A stretch of 63,549 nucleotides of DNA, filler included, from Octopus bimaculoides (taxonomy: Eukaryota), in assembly GCF_001194135.2 (NCBI RefSeq). It is 8 parts of 8 records of this genome, joined end to end, with 100 filler letters (N's around TTAATTAATTAA, not from the genome) between each part and the next. Parts side by side here need not be neighbours in the genome. Positions count along the whole stretch, not along the records: positions 5,881 to 18,287 come from NC_068998.1; positions 18,388 to 45,450 come from NC_068992.1; 6 more parts are not named here. One strand, 5' to 3'. Below the pieces are notes generated by a model. The model had not been told where the DNA came from. It made no database searches and saw only the letters and a program-made list of their open reading frames with translations. Position numbers and translations under genes: made by a program. This document shows, piece by piece, positions 10,453-25,214 of this stretch (positions within the stretch are counted from its first letter, which is position 1; each line of letters starts with the position of its first letter).

Positions 10453-11134
10453 AAACAACATCCATTCATGAATTTATTTATTTATTAATTTTTTTTTTAA
10501 ATACATATTTTACCTGTGAATTTGCGTGTGTAAACTGCGAATGCATACAATGAGTTTCTCTGTCNNNNNNNNNNNNNNNNNNNNNNNNNNNNNNNNNNNN
10601 NNNNNNNNNNNNNNNNNNNNNNNNNNNNNNNNNNNNNNNNNNNNNNNNNNNNNNNNNNNNNNNNNNNNNNNNNNNNNNNNNNNNNNNNNNNNNNNNNNNN
10701 NNNNNNNNNNNNNNNNNNNNNNNNNNNNNNNNNNNNNNNNNNNNNNNNNNNNNNNNNNNNNNNNNNNNNNNNNNNNNNNNNNNNNNNNNNNNNNNNNNNN
10801 NNNNNNNNNNNNNNNNNNNNNNNNNNNNNNNNNNNNNNNNNNNNNNNNNNNNNNNNNNNNNNNNNNNNNNNNNNNNNNNNNNNNNNNNNNNNNNNNNNNN
10901 NNNNNNNNNNNNNNNNNNNNNNNNNNNNNNNNNNNNNNNNNNNNNNNNNNNNNNNNNNNNNNNNNNNNNNNNNNNNNNNNNNNNNNNNNNNNNNNNNNNN
11001 NNNNNNNNNNNNNNNNNNNNNNNNNNNNNNNNNNNNNNNNNNNNNNNNNNNNNNNNNNNNNNNNNNNNNNNNNNNNNNNNNNNNNNNNNNNNNNNNNNNN
11101 NNNNNNNNNNNNNNNNNNNNNNNNNNNNNNNNNN

Positions 11135-11360
11135 TAATAATAGTTATAATAACAACAATAATAAGGATAATAATTATAATAATAATAATGATAATAATGA
11201 TAATTATAGTAATAATGATAATAACAACTATAATGATAATAATAATAATTATTATTATTATCATTATTATTATAATAATGATAATGATAATAATAATAAT
11301 AATAGATAATAATAAAAATAATAATAACAATAATAATAACAATAATAATAATAAAAATAA

Positions 11361-11391
<31 letters not shown>

Positions 11392-11392
11392 A

Positions 11393-11441
<49 letters not shown>

Positions 11442-11482
11442 TATAATAATAATAATTATAATAATAATAATAATAATAACAC

Positions 11483-11519
<37 letters not shown>

Positions 11520-11523
11520 GTAA
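11135..11523. repeat. Long imperfect (AAT)n array
   Basis: Direct inspection. Confidence 0.95.
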
Positions 11524-11694
11524 TGACGATACTATTAATTCTGCTCTAATTCCATTGTCGTAGTCGATTTGATGTGTTTTATTGGGACGTAGATTCGCTG
11601 TTGCTGCAGATTGATGTTGGTTTAGCTGCAACAGTTAGCTGCACAGGTTGCAATCAATAAAAGCTGGTATGCCGATATAATTACAATACAGATA

Positions 11695-12237
11695 GCGATG
11701 GCGGCGGCGGCGGTGATGGGGCGGTGGTTATGGGGTGATTTGTCTTATGGATAGTGTGATGGTGATGGTGATGCTGATTGTGGCGACGGGGGTGGGGAGG
11801 ATATTGTTGATGCTGTTTGGAGGGATGGTGGCGGTGGCGAAGATTGGGGATGGGGGAGGAATGCATCTGGCAACGATTTTGTTGGTGTGGTGGTGGTGGT
11901 GGTGGTGGTGTGGAAATAGTGATGTGGGAAAGATGCAACTAATAATNNNNNNNNNNGTACTTTTTCTTGGTGGTGGTATTGGTGGTAGTAGTGGTGGTGT
12001 TGATAAGGATTGTTAAAATGGCGATGATGGTATCAGTGGTGGTGGTGGCGATTTGCTAGTGTTAGGGTAGAAGTGGTGGTGTTGATGATTGTAGCGTTGG
12101 CGGGGATGTAAGGTGACGGTGGAGACATATTGGCAACCACCGAGGCTGGTTGCCATGGGGCAAGTGATAGTGGTAATGATAGTAGTCGTGGTAGAGGTGG
12201 TGGCGGTGGTGGTGACGGTGGTTGTGGTAGTAGTTGC

Positions 12238-12288
<51 letters not shown>

Positions 12289-12600
12289 GGTGGTGGTGGT
12301 AGTAAGAGTGGCAGTTGTATTGGTGACGGCGGTGGTGGTGATGATCGTGGAGGTAGTGGTGGTACCGGTGGTTCTGGTGGTAGTAGTTATTCTTGTAGTA
12401 GTAGTAGTAGTAGTAGTGGTAGTGGTGGAATTGGTAGTGATGGTGGTGGTGACGGTGGTGGTAGTAGTAGTAATGTTAGTAGTAGTAGTAAAAGTGGTAG
12501 TGGTGGTGGTAGTGGTGGTGGTAGTGGTAGCAATATTGGTGGTGCTGGTGCTGGTGGTAGTGGTTGTAACAGCAACGATAGTTATAGTATAGCATGAGGT
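11695..12600. repeat. Compound GGT/AGT/GAT triplet low-complexity region
   Basis: Runs of (GGT)n, (AGT)n and variants; the Gly/Ser/Thr/Val ORFs are by-products. Confidence 0.9.
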
Positions 12601-12669
12601 GAAGAGGTGAAGGAGGAGGAGATGGATGTGGAAGTAGCGCGCGCGCGAAAGCAAGAGAGAGAAAGAAAC

Positions 12670-12714
<45 letters not shown>

Positions 12715-13336
12715 TAGAATGCAGGTGGGGTGGGTTTGTGGGGTGGAGATAATGGAGCCGGTAGGTAGATAAGTACAGGCACACTTAAATAGAAACTTGA
12801 CCTTTGTATGACTCCTAATCGATATCAATGCTTTTCAAATGCCTGATCTCCGTAATTCTGTGTCAGACGACAGGGNNNNNNNNNNNNNNNNNNNNNNNNN
12901 NNNNNNNNNNNNNNNNNNNNNNNNNNNNNNNNNNNNNNNNNNNNNNNNNNNNNNNNNNNNNNNNNNNNNNNNNNNNNNNNNNNNNNNNNNNNNNNNNNNN
13001 NNNNNNNNNNNNNNNNNNNNNNNNNNNNNNNNNNNNNNNNNNNNNNNNNNNNNNNNNNNNNNNNNNNNNNNNNNNNNNNNNNNNNNNNNNNNNNNNNNNN
13101 NNNNNNNNNNNNNNNNNNNNNNNNNNNNNNNNNNNNNNNNNNNNNNNNNNNNNNNNNNNNNNNNNNNNNNNNNNNNNNNNNNNNNNNNNNNNNNNNNNNN
13201 NNNNNNNNNNNNNNNNNNNNNNNNNNNNNNNNNNNNNNNNNNNNNNNNNNNNNNNNNNNNNNNNNNNNNNNNNNNNNNNNNNNNNNNNNNNNNNNNNNNN
13301 NNNNNNNNNNNNNNNNNNNNNNNNNNNNNNNNNNNN

Positions 13337-13371
<35 letters not shown>

Positions 13372-13954
13372 TATATGTATATACATATATGGATGCATAT
13401 AAACATACTCACACACACATGCACATGCACACATGCACATGCACACATGCACATGCACACATGCCCATACAGGGAACAAACACTTAATATAGTCAGCTGT
13501 GAATAAAAATCATTTAATTAAAATTACACTGGTAGCGAATGGGAAAACATCAATCTCTTTATTAATTAATTAATAGTTGTACATATATGTGTGCGTGCTT
13601 GCGCGCGCGCGTGTGTGTGTTCGTGTGTGTGTATACATATAGATATAAAGAAATTCCATGGGAGACAACCTCGAAGTCCAAATTAACTAACAATTTAGTC
13701 GGAACATGCAGGTGGGTAGGTGGGTAGGTAGGCTTGTTTGTTGGTTGGTTGCTTGCTTGCTTGAAGCTGCATTGACAGTGTATATGAAGATTTATTTGAA
13801 TTCAAACTTATACACTTAACCGGTTTCCAACTTGTATGATTTTCAAAGGCGTAATATCCGAGTGACGTGGAGACGTGTCATAAACTGTATCACAAATGGT
13901 ACAATTTATTTCTTCCATAGAACTATGTTCAGGATTTAATAAAGATTTTCATAT

Positions 13955-14112
13955 ATATCGTGGCCTAGGGGTTAGAGTGTTGCACTCGCGATCGGTAGAT
14001 CATGGTTTCGATTCCCGAGTTCTGTCCTTGAGGAAAAAATTTCATTTCCCATTGCTCTAGTGTCAAGGTCGTTGTGTGAGAGCGACAGAATCGTTGACGC
14101 GTCGGCAGAGAT
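13955..14112 (+). mobile_element. SINE-D-like tRNA head fragment
   Basis: TGGCCTAGGGGTTAGAGTG (A-box), GGTTTCGATTCCC (B-box-like), TGTCCTTGAGG core. Confidence 0.65.
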
Positions 14113-14134
14113 GCCTAACGATATACCTACATAC

Positions 14135-14172
<38 letters not shown>

Positions 14173-14177
14173 GTCTG

Positions 14178-14209
<32 letters not shown>

Positions 14210-14586
14210 AGAAATGAATATGTATACGTGTGTATGTGTGCATATATATATGTAAAAGTATGATTGTATGTATGTATATACATATATATAGATGGATGGA
14301 TGTATTAATGAATGGATGGACAGATGGATGGATAGGCTGCGAAATCTGTCAAAACGATCGACCTTGTTATTTTTTCTTTTTTTGTCAATTAAATTGCAAT
14401 AAAATTGTTTCAAAACATCATCAAAGGTGTTAATTAAATAAATTCTAAGATCTTAGATTACTAACATTAGGTGCGCTTGCACTTAATTCAGCTATTATAA
14501 CTAATTTATTTTGTTCAGCGACATACATATATATGCGTGAATATGGGTTTGTGCATTTATATACATACATACATACATACATATAA

Positions 14587-14619
<33 letters not shown>

Positions 14620-14660
14620 CACAGAGACACACATACATATATATACATATATACCTGTGA

Positions 14661-14694
<34 letters not shown>

Positions 14695-15149
14695 ATGTGT
14701 TAGTGAGGGGTGAATGAGGCCGTATCCTCTTTTATCCACAGATTCGAATGAATTTCGAGATTATCCGTTTGTATTTAGTTCAGGAAACCGTAAAATTTTA
14801 ATCCGGATTTAATGATCAGGTGTCACTTCGCCATTTAACACTGCCACCAATAAATAAATATAACTAATAAAAAATTTAAATTATCCCCCCACAATAAGAA
14901 AACAAAAAAATTCGCACAATAATTAACCGCTTAGCAAAAATGCGTTCCTTATAATAATTAAATTAGGTGCAAGCATACTTACGCTAGTAATCCAAGACGT
15001 ATTTGAATTAATTTCACTCCTTTAACGATGGTTTTTATATCATTTTATTGCAGTTTAATTTAGAGAAAAATGTGAAAGGCGCTAAGCTTGTACGTCCACG
15101 TGGTCGCTCGTTTTGCTAGACATAGCTGTCAACTATCTTTTTATACTGG

Positions 15150-15556
15150 TTTTAAATTTTGGCAGAAAGTCAGAAATTTCGGCGTGGGTGTGTGTAAGCC
15201 GATTATAACGGCCCCAGTGTTCAACCAACTGGTGCTTAATTTATCGACCCCGAAAGGGTGAAAAGCAAAGTCGACCTCGGTGGAATTTGAACGCGGAGTG
15301 TCAAGACGGACGAAATGCATCCTAAGAATTTTGCTCGGCGTGCAAACGATTCTTTTCTAATCTAGGCACAAGGTTCGAAATTTTGAGTGAGTGGGCTAGT
15401 CGATTAGATCGACCCAGTATGCAACTGGTACTTGATTTATCGACTGCGAAGGATGAAAAGCTAAGTCGACGGAATTTGAATACAGATGGTAAAGCCGGAC
15501 GAAATGCCGTTAAGCATTTCGTCCGGCGTGCTAACGATTCTGCCAGCTCGCCGCCT
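15150..15556 (-). mobile_element. Two tandem SINE-C copies
   Basis: Two TTTATCGAC...GAAAG(G)...GTCGAC...GGAATTTGAA...GACGAAATGC...AACGATTC blocks; the second ends at the head CCAGCTCGCCGCC. Confidence 0.85.
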
Positions 15557-15769
15557 TCAGTTGTCTTTTCATTTTACCACGATGTCTTAAAACACACACA
15601 CACACACACACACACACGCATACTGTCTATATGTCTTTCTCCCTCTCTCCCCCCACCTCCCGTCTCTCTCTCAGAATGAATGTGAAGATACCGAACAAAC
15701 ACTGAAAGCATTTTCCCAACGCTCTAGCGATTCTGCCAGTTTGCTTTCTTAAGAACAATAATGGTTTCT

Positions 15770-15920
15770 AAGCTAAGAACAAGAACTGCAAATATGCGAG
15801 AGGAGGCAATCTAGTGGAGGCCATCGCCCTCAGAACTTGACTGGTACTTTACCTTATCGATCCCAGGGAGAGGAAAAGCAAAGGTGTTCTCGGCGAGATT
15901 TGAATTCATGATGTAAAAGA
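15770..15920 (-). mobile_element. Degenerate SINE-C
   Basis: CTGGTACTTTACCTTATCGATCCC...CTCGGCGAGATTTGAATTCA. Confidence 0.65.
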
Positions 15921-15974
15921 AACGGATGCGACGCTCAAACGATAATAATACGAGCTCAGTGATAATGGTTACTA

Positions 15975-16260
15975 ATTAGTCCAGGGGTGGATTACTTCGA
16001 CTAAAGGCGGTGCTCCAGTATGGCCACAGTCGTATGACTGAAACAAATAAAAGAATAAAAGAATATACATATACACACACATCTATATAAGGACGCATAC
16101 TGGATATGGTATGAATACGGACATGAATGGCCTAATGGTTAGGATGTTGCATTTACGATCGCGAGATCAAGGTTTCAATTCCTAGAGAGGGTGGGGCGTT
16201 GTGTTCTTGAGCATAACACTTCACGTCACATTTCTCAGCAGTAATTTCTACGCTTGACAC
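15975..16260 (+). mobile_element. SINE-A tail (about 15975-16065) followed by a SINE-D head (about 16120-16260)
   Basis: CGACTAAAGGCGGTGCTCCAGTATGGCCACAGTC..TGACTGAAAC, then ATGGCCTAATGGTTAGG...GGTTTCAATTCC...GTTGTGTTCTTGAGCA. Confidence 0.7.
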
Positions 16261-16619
16261 GCAACAGGCAGGACAGTCACAGCTAGAACATCTCTTGTTT
16301 TTGATCATAAGATTTCTGGATCAGGTCTAACCTGGGGTTAAATAAAAAGTAGCAAGTTTATTGGGAATGATTTTTATCTCCAGTTTCACAAATCTTGTGA
16401 ATAAATGTTCTGTGAAATACTAATCCAGTTGCTTCTCACATTCCAGTTTACCATTTTACCATTTTACCGTTTCTTTAGTCTCGTGTGAATTCAGAACAAC
16501 GGTGTGGGTGAAGAGGAGGGAAGGAGAGGAGGCAGTAAAAATCCTGAAGAGTAAATGAACTGAAATCTATATTCGAGGTAATCCTGTTTGAACCAATTTT
16601 ATTTCATATATATTCTTTA

Positions 16620-16795
16620 TATTTTACTTGTCGCAGTCATTGGATTGCGACCATGTCGGGGTGTCGCTTTGAAGGGTTTTAGTCGATCAAATCAACCCCA
16701 GTTCTTGGATCTTTGTTTTCTTGTACTTATTCTATCTGAGCTTTTGCCGAACCGCTAGTTTACGGAGACGTAAACAAACCAATACCAGTTATCAA
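16620..16795 (-). mobile_element. SINE-A tail
   Basis: TTTTACTTGT..CAGTCAT...GTACTTATTCTATC...TTTTGCCGAACCGCTAG is the reverse complement of the 6120-6250 tail. Confidence 0.75.
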
Positions 16796-17066
16796 TACAA
16801 ATAGAAAGACACGCATAGCTATACTCACATACATACGGGAATATGATGGCTTTGCAAACCGAAACTTCGCAGTCACTGTCAACAGTATTCTTTTCAAAGA
16901 ATAATAAATTCGTACTCTGCCAAAAATATCGAGCAATCCTTCAGTTTAATGGTAAATTCCATTTTTTAAAACAAAACCAAGCATTTTTATATATGTGTAT
17001 ATATGAGGTGAGAGGATGGGGCTGAGGGGAAGGCCACACTGCTGCTAAAAACTATGATACACACAA

Positions 17067-17121
<55 letters not shown>

Positions 17122-18499
17122 NNNNNNNNNNNNNNNNNNNNNNNNNNNNNNNNNNNNNNNNNNNNNNNNNNNNNNNNNNNNNNNNNNNNNNNNNNNNNNN
17201 NNNNNNNNNNNNNNNNNNNNNNNNNNNNNNNNNNNNNNNNNNNNNNNNNNNNNNNNNNNNNNNNNNNNNNNNNNNNNNNNNNNNNNNNNNNNNNNNNNNN
17301 NNNNNNNNNNNNNNNNNNNNNNNNNNNNNNNNNNNNNNNNNNNNNNNNNNNNNNNNNNNNNNNNNNNNNNNNNNNNNNNNNNNNNNNNNNNNNNNNNNNN
17401 NNNNNNNNNNNNNNNNNNNNNNNNNNNNNNNNNNNNNNNNNNNNNNNNNNNNNNNNNNNNNNNNNNNNNNNNNNNNNNNNNNNNNNNNNNNNNNNNNNNN
17501 NNNNNNNNNNNNNNNNNNNNNNNNNNNNNNNNNNNNNNNNNNNNNNNNNNNNNNNNNNNNNNNNNNNNNNNNNNNNNNNNNNNNNNNNNNNNNNNNNNNN
17601 NNNNNNNNNNNNNNNNNNNNNNNNNNNNNNNNNNNNNNNNNNNNNNNNNNNNNNNNNNNNNNNNNNNNNNNNNNNNNNNNNNNNNNNNNNNNNNNNNNNN
17701 NNNAACACCCCCACAGCACCACACAACACCCCCACCACATCCCATACTACGCCACACAATATCGACATCGACATCATGTCCTTCGCTTTCAAGGTCCGAT
17801 TTGATCCAATCCATTTTAAGCAAATAATTCCAATTTGTTCGTATGTCTTTATTTTTTTAAAGAAGCGACAATAAACAACACTTAAAAAACACAATATATA
17901 AATAAATAAATAAATAAATAGATAAATAAAAGAGAACGCACAGACATACACAAAGCGCAGACGCTCTCTCTCAACAAAGACACATGCACACACACAAACA
18001 AACATACACACATACATATGCACAAACGCAAACACATACATACAACGCATACATGTACACATACACGCACGCAACACAGACATGTACACAAGTGCAAATG
18101 ATATAGAAAAAAAAATGAAAAAAAAAATGAAATAAAAAAATAAATTATAAAACAAGAAATTACAAAAATTGGCAAAATGCACAAAAAATACAAAAATGAA
18201 AGAAAAAAAACAAGAAATTAAAAAGCAAATTTGGAAAACGAAAAATACCTGGGGAAAAAAAACAGTAAAAGAATTACACCACTGCAANNNNNNNNNNNNN
18301 NNNNNNNNNNNNNNNNNNNNNNNNNNNNNNNTTAATTAATTAANNNNNNNNNNNNNNNNNNNNNNNNNNNNNNNNNNNNNNNNNNNNGGTGGAGGGGGAA
18401 GAGGTGAAGGGGGAAGAAATGGAGGAGGAGGAGGCAGTTGCTCTCATGGCTAGCAGTGGCTGTCATCGATTCTGATCTTAATTGATTGGGAAGTGTTAT

Positions 18500-18975
18500 C
18501 ATGTACATTGTTTCGTCTTGGTATAAAAGATGGGCTACAGCAAATATTCTGCTCAGTATTACAGATTTGCTTGTCAGTTGTTTGGCCTTAACCAGTTGAG
18601 CATGTCCCTTAGTGGCTGACGATATGTGCATCTCTGATCATGAGCAGAAGTAGTTGGGGAGCATCATAGCCATGTGTTGAGAGGAATTCTTTGGGGTTTG
18701 AATAATTCATCTTTGGAAACAAGGGTGTTTTGTTCAACATCCTTAAACAACCCTTATTCAGTGAACTTTCGAGCGGGATGAACGCCTCGACATGAAGAAA
18801 ATTCTAGCTGAGCCCAACTTGTAAGGTCATCTGTCGTTTATATTGATATGAGATCACCATGTCATGTGCATATGGTTCTGATGCATGTAACTGGTATACC
18901 CTTATCAGACGGGTAGTCATAATGGGTATACTGGGCTTCGAATAATTTACCCCAGTGTCACTTTGATGACATGCA
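18500..18975. repeat. Interspersed repeat, copy 1 (unclassified)
   Basis: GGTATAAAAGATGGGCTACAGCAAATATTCTGCTCA...ATCCTTAAACAACC aligns over about 300 bp with 19495-19820. Confidence 0.75.
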
Positions 18976-19422
18976 CTTGTTTTATTAATGACTTCTAAGG
19001 ACACCGTACGTCGTTATGCAACCATAATCTTCTACAGAGTATATTAAACAGTTTATAAGCCAATACTCTGTTATACTTTGCTGTTACTGTTATAAATTAT
19101 CTTCTGGTGTATCCCTCCATGAGAATACATTCAGCTATTAGAAAACTATGCAGTCGTTGTTCAAATATTGATGTATATTTGTGTATATGTTGAACTCTAT
19201 TTTATGATTACAGCGATCCAAGATTGGTGCTACTGTTTATGTTGTGTCTCTTATAGCTACATTATTAAGATAAAGGAAGTAACCATTAACGCTGACTTCT
19301 GCAACATTTTGCATCTCTGTGTCCATTTGTCTGTTTGCCGGTGTCTCTCTCTTACTTTGCATCTATTGTTCTTTCTTACCCTCACCTTAGTAACTACCCG
19401 TATACTTTCAGTAGAGCAGAAT
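18976..19422 (+). repeat. 447-bp inverted duplicate of 25848-26294
   Basis: Ungapped reverse-complement match; I counted about 7 substitutions in 447 bp. Confidence 0.95.
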
Positions 19423-19494
19423 AATAATAATAATGATAATAGTGATAATAATAACAACAACAACAATAATAACAATTTACATTATTTTTCCATT

Positions 19495-19820
19495 TACATT
19501 ATTTTGTGTTGGTATAAAAGATGGGCTACAACAAATATTCTGCTCAATACCACATATTTGCCTGTCGGTTGTTTGACCTTAACCAGTTAACCATGTCTCT
19601 TGGTGGTTGGTGATATGTGCATCTCTGATCACGAGCAGAAGTAGTGGGGAACATCATAGACATGTTTTGAGAGGAATTCTTTGAGGTTTGAATGGTTCAC
19701 CTCTGGAAACATGGGTGTTTCGTTCGTCATCCTTAAACAAACCTTAGTCAGGGACCCTTTGAGCGGTACAGGCTACTGAACCTAAAGGAAATTCTATCTG
19801 GCCCACACCTGCAAGGTCAG
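19495..19820. repeat. Interspersed repeat, copy 2 (unclassified)
   Basis: Homologous to 18500-18830. Confidence 0.75.
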
Positions 19821-20720
19821 AATGAGAGGCAAAATCAACATCGGCAGAATTTGATGTCAGAAGGTAAAAATGGATGAAATATCGCTAAACATTTTGTCCT
19901 ATATGCTAACAATTCTTCCACCTCACCGCCTTACATTGAATTTATTTAATATTGGTGTAATTTATCATAGAACTCGCAAAGTATTTCAGTATTTGTTGCT
20001 TTGACAAGAACAGGAACATCGAATACGTGAAAAGTGGCTTTACATTGTATAGGTATATTAAATGGCCCAGATTTCACCTTTTACTACATTTACATATGTC
20101 GTGTAGAGCAGGAGAGACTGGAAATGGACATGTTGTTAATTCCATGAAACTCTGAAAAGCATTATTGGTTGAAAAGGAAAGAATCGAACTTCAGTGGGGA
20201 ATTGTAGTTGCTTTACAATTTCAGAGATTTATACCATGCCCATCAATTACATTTCATGTATCATAAATCCTATTTATCCCTGCTATTTACTGGATTCAAC
20301 TCTCTATTAGAGCCACTTCATATCAATTACACTGTTAATTCCCTAAAGAAAAGCCAAACCGTCAAAGTAATTTCTAGTTGATTATTACATTCCTTATTAC
20401 CAGGTACAATTTCCTCTGTTTAGGACATAAATAATAAGAAATTGTTGCATTGATTACATTCGGAAAGCTACAGTATTGAGCAGAAATCTTCGTCCTTTTT
20501 TGTCTTGTTAAACCAAATTTTCCTCGTTCAAGGTTTTCGTTAACATTCAACCTCCCAACTCTGTTCTGGATTATACCTTGGTAATGATTTACGAATGACT
20601 TGATAATTCAAGAAAGAGTTTTGCAGATAATGAAACAATGCAATTTGCAATGCCTGCTATTGAAATTCTATACTTATATAAATATACATACATATATACA
20701 TACATACATACATACATATT

Positions 20721-20871
<151 letters not shown>

Positions 20872-23800
20872 ATGAGTGTATGTATTTATGATATTAATGA
20901 AATGTTAGATATACTACTATCTTAGAAGTTAACGTCTGGATCTTATAAAGTTACTACACATAGGAACGTACAGTTTGTCTCCAATTAATTCCATAAACTA
21001 TGTAACTACGTTGCAGTCCTTCGTTCCACAACCATCTAGGTATCACTTATAAGATAGGAGAATTATTTCCTTGTGATAATGAATCATGTTATCCAAATAA
21101 AACCCCTGACATTTGGAATATTTACGAGGAAATATTTAAATCTTTGTGACCCTTATATATTCCCATATGTCATGGGAAAAAACATTTTTAATCCACCCCG
21201 TCTAAAATTGGGCAAGTATGTATATATCTACCTGTATATTAAGCGTCGATATTCTGCCTTTTATGTAGGTTTAATGAGAAAGAAAATCAAATTTGTATGT
21301 GCATTTCCAACGTCTAGAATTAGATGCCCTCGTGTCATTCAAATTTTTAATTTACTATGCTTTTAATATTTTATCTAAAATCGCTATCCGCTCGCATATG
21401 TCTGTAGACTACAGACGGTAATTTGGTAAAATCATCAAGCCTAGGATAATTACAATTGTACTTGCTCCAGCATTCTCTGATGTAGTTCCAATGCCATCGA
21501 TGTCAAATCTATATTTCGTTTTTCTTCGGATCTAAAAAAATACTGTAGCAATTTAGGAAGCAGTCTAGCAGAATTATTAAAGTGTTCGTCGAGAGTCCAT
21601 ACGATGGCTCTTCTTGATCTTTGAGCTATGTATGTTATCATATAGATACATACGTTGATTTTTTACATATTTCTTCAAGAAAATTATATACATGTTTAAT
21701 GTTTCACTTCCGTTAACATCCCGTCGAGTGTTCTAACTCTTTTTTTTGTATTTGGACAACGTATCCATGTTGATTTTAATTCTGTCTGTCTTTTTCCCTC
21801 CTTAGTACAAGGTAATTAATTTCAAAATCACTATATCCCCGCATAGCCGGATGCTTCTGAAAAATCTAGTGTTTGCATATAACATTTAAAGAGAAGAATT
21901 TTTCATTTTACTAACGACAAAAAAACTGTGGGAAAGTTAAAATTATTTTCAAGGAGTATCATTTAATTGAGTTCACCAGTATTTTTATAACATTATTTAA
22001 ATTACGAAAATCGTTTTGTAAAATTTTAGCTAACATTACTTATATATTAAATTATTTAAATGTTTAATTCAAGCAAATGTTGTTTTTATTTTATGCAGTT
22101 GTTACCGTGTTGTCATTAACGTCACGCTAGCCTTGATTGAACGGATGATGATCAAAGGAAATCCAGTCGTGTCATCCCAACTTCTGACCATATCTAGAAC
22201 AACAGTTTTTAATTTTTATCCTTCATATTTTTACAATGGTGGAGAGCGAATGGAAGAAGACCTTTTCGCATTTTCTAGGAGGGAAAAAACATCCATGCAG
22301 ATTGGCGTTCTATAACACGTAGCTGATAATCAAATACAAATTCACTTGTATTCTAAGAACAATTACTTTTCAATATGTTTCAGTTAATTATCATTTCCAA
22401 TGAGGAAATATTTGTCAAAACTGGTTACTCCCTGATATTCCACTTCTTTAAAAAGAAGGATTGCATCGTTATATTGATTAACGTCTGAGGAGTTTAAGTT
22501 CTTATCAGACTGACTGATTTTACAATATATCTCAACGGCACGTAACTTGAATTTAAGAAATATGATCTTTGTTTTTCGAATTGGTCAGGTGTCAAAGGGA
22601 CTTTCCTTTGTGAGTTCCAAGCCCGCAGAGATCGATATGGCTATTGATGTTTTTTTTTTTTGAACAGTTAAAATTCTATGGTTGCAGGGGAAACGTTCTA
22701 TATGGTGTAATGTTTTCATTTTGGTTAGCACATGTGTGGTAAACACACTTATGATGAGGAGACGATGAAAGCAGAGTTAATTGAGAGTGACTTCGATTTA
22801 TAGGTGATTTTCATACCTGTCATCACAATTTTGTCTTGATTTATGTGGCTTTTGGTATGAAAATGTACCGATATCTTCTCTTTTTCACTTATTACGTATG
22901 GCTTCTGGTTAATGATCTCCGGATGTTCGAAAATTAGGTACGAATTCTCAGTGGATAACACTAGTACCGCGAATATTGACATGTGACGTGATATAAAATC
23001 ATGCTTCTTTGACTGTCACTCCAAATAATGAACAGATACAATTGTAAGAGAATACAATCCACAGCTAACACTGGCTAAATTAAACCCGATGCACAACTGG
23101 AAGAAGTATATGAACAAATAAATGAATATTGCATTTACAATATAAAACCCGGCAGGCATCATTGGCAAACAACATGGGAACAGTAGGTTTTTTGTGTATT
23201 TTCTATATATGTTCCCGTTCTTTATACTTCATATAGGTTTCTTTTTTTTCTATTTCATAAATCTCTTCAATCAAACTGTACAGCACATAAAGCATCGGAC
23301 ATTGTTGTATTAAGGAATTCATTCAAAATATCAATACTGCCATTGAATTTTTCATCGTTTTAGGCCATAATGTGCCAGGAATTCACATATATAACCGACT
23401 GAAATCTGAATTATTATTTATTTTTGTGTGAGCGTATTTACAGTTTAAAATACGTTGCTTAGGAATTTTATTTATGCGGTCTTTCACCATTTTTAATTGA
23501 ATAACATGTTTTAAATTGCCGTCAATTGAATGAAAGTTAACTTCAAAATACTTATAGAAAGTAAAAGCAGTCGAGAAAATAATAACAATAATCATCAATA
23601 ACTTTTTTAAACATTTCCTTTTGTTTAGAAATGTGATTTAAAGTTAAGAGAACCATTCAGTTTGTTAGGATTTCAAATTGCTATTCAATATATATTCTAT
23701 TGGTGGTATTTCTCTATTGCAATAAGAGTAATGTTATTCTCTAATTATAATATTTATTCGGAAATAGAGTTATTAATATTTCGTGCATTTTTCTCTTAAT

Positions 23801-24072
23801 TTGTGGGAGATAGAGAGAAAGGAAGAGAGGGAGAACGAAAAAAAATGTACGCTTTGACGAACAATGAAAGCGGCTTTCTATAGCATATTATTAGTTATCA
23901 ACGATGATATTAATTTTATAAGTATGTATGGCATTTACATTAATGGAGTGCTTTTATTTCTCATATATTAATATAATTCTAATACTATAACACCGTAATA
24001 TATTAGAACGTACGGAAAAACCAAAACATGAAAGAAATTGAGACATGTTCAAAATAACTTGGTTTTATATAT

Positions 24073-24137
<65 letters not shown>

Positions 24138-25214
24138 TGTATGTATGTATGTATGTATGTATACATACACACATAAATACATATACAAGCATATACATGC
24201 ATATATGTATAAATATGTGCGTGTGTGTATGTGTGTGTGTATCTAAGGGCAAATCGAGTTACTCGTTTGTGATTATACAAATAAACTGATAATTATTTTA
24301 ATTATGCAAATCTTTATTTATAATGCAAGTATATTAAGTAAACAGTGCCATGTATTGCATATTAAAATAGTCATTACAGTCATACAGTAATTATTGATTT
24401 CTTGTTATTAGTATTCAATGAAGATATAATTATTAAACCAAATTTAGAACGACATAGTGTAAACCCCGTTTAAATAAGTACATATTTTCACAGAAATTGA
24501 CACGTATTTATATGAATTAATTTGTCTAAATACACATATCTACATATTTAATATACATACTTAAAAACTGCATACACACTCATACATAGAAGCATACTTA
24601 CAGTACACATACGCACACGATCATAGATGCACAGACACACATCCGCACAGATACACATGAACATAGATACACACACACACACACATCCGCACATACACAC
24701 ACGCATACTTTTCTCGTTATATTAGTAATTTCCGAGCGTTAAACGAGACACACAGCTGGCGATGTTTTTGATGGATCATATCGAACCGCGTCCTTGTAAA
24801 TTATTATTTATAATATTGATTTATAATATTATTTACTATAAATTATTATTTCTAATATAATAAATTATCATTTATAGAATTTATTTATAATATTCCACAT
24901 ATAATTGCGGAATAATTAAATTTTGATGAGAAGTAGAGAGAAGAGTTGTTTGCTTGACTGTGTACTGGAAGTACGATACCAGCCACATCTGAGGAAGAGG
25001 CGTCATTATATTAGCGATAAAAGAGCAGAAACAGCGAGGTTGTAGACCCGCGACTGTTGTGTGTTATTAGCGACTGAATAGTGAATAAGCGAGTGACCCT
25101 TCCCTAGATGGACACTGAATGACTGTGTGCAAGATCATCACTGTCACTGAAATGGGCACAGTACTGACATGGGTTTTCTTGAGTACCACTTATTTATAGG
25201 GACTGAAATATTTT

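Noticed and set aside
12013-12828. Mucin-like poly-Thr and Gly/Ser-rich ORFs
   Set aside because: All frames and both strands give low-complexity peptides; no splice or domain support; triplet microsatellite.
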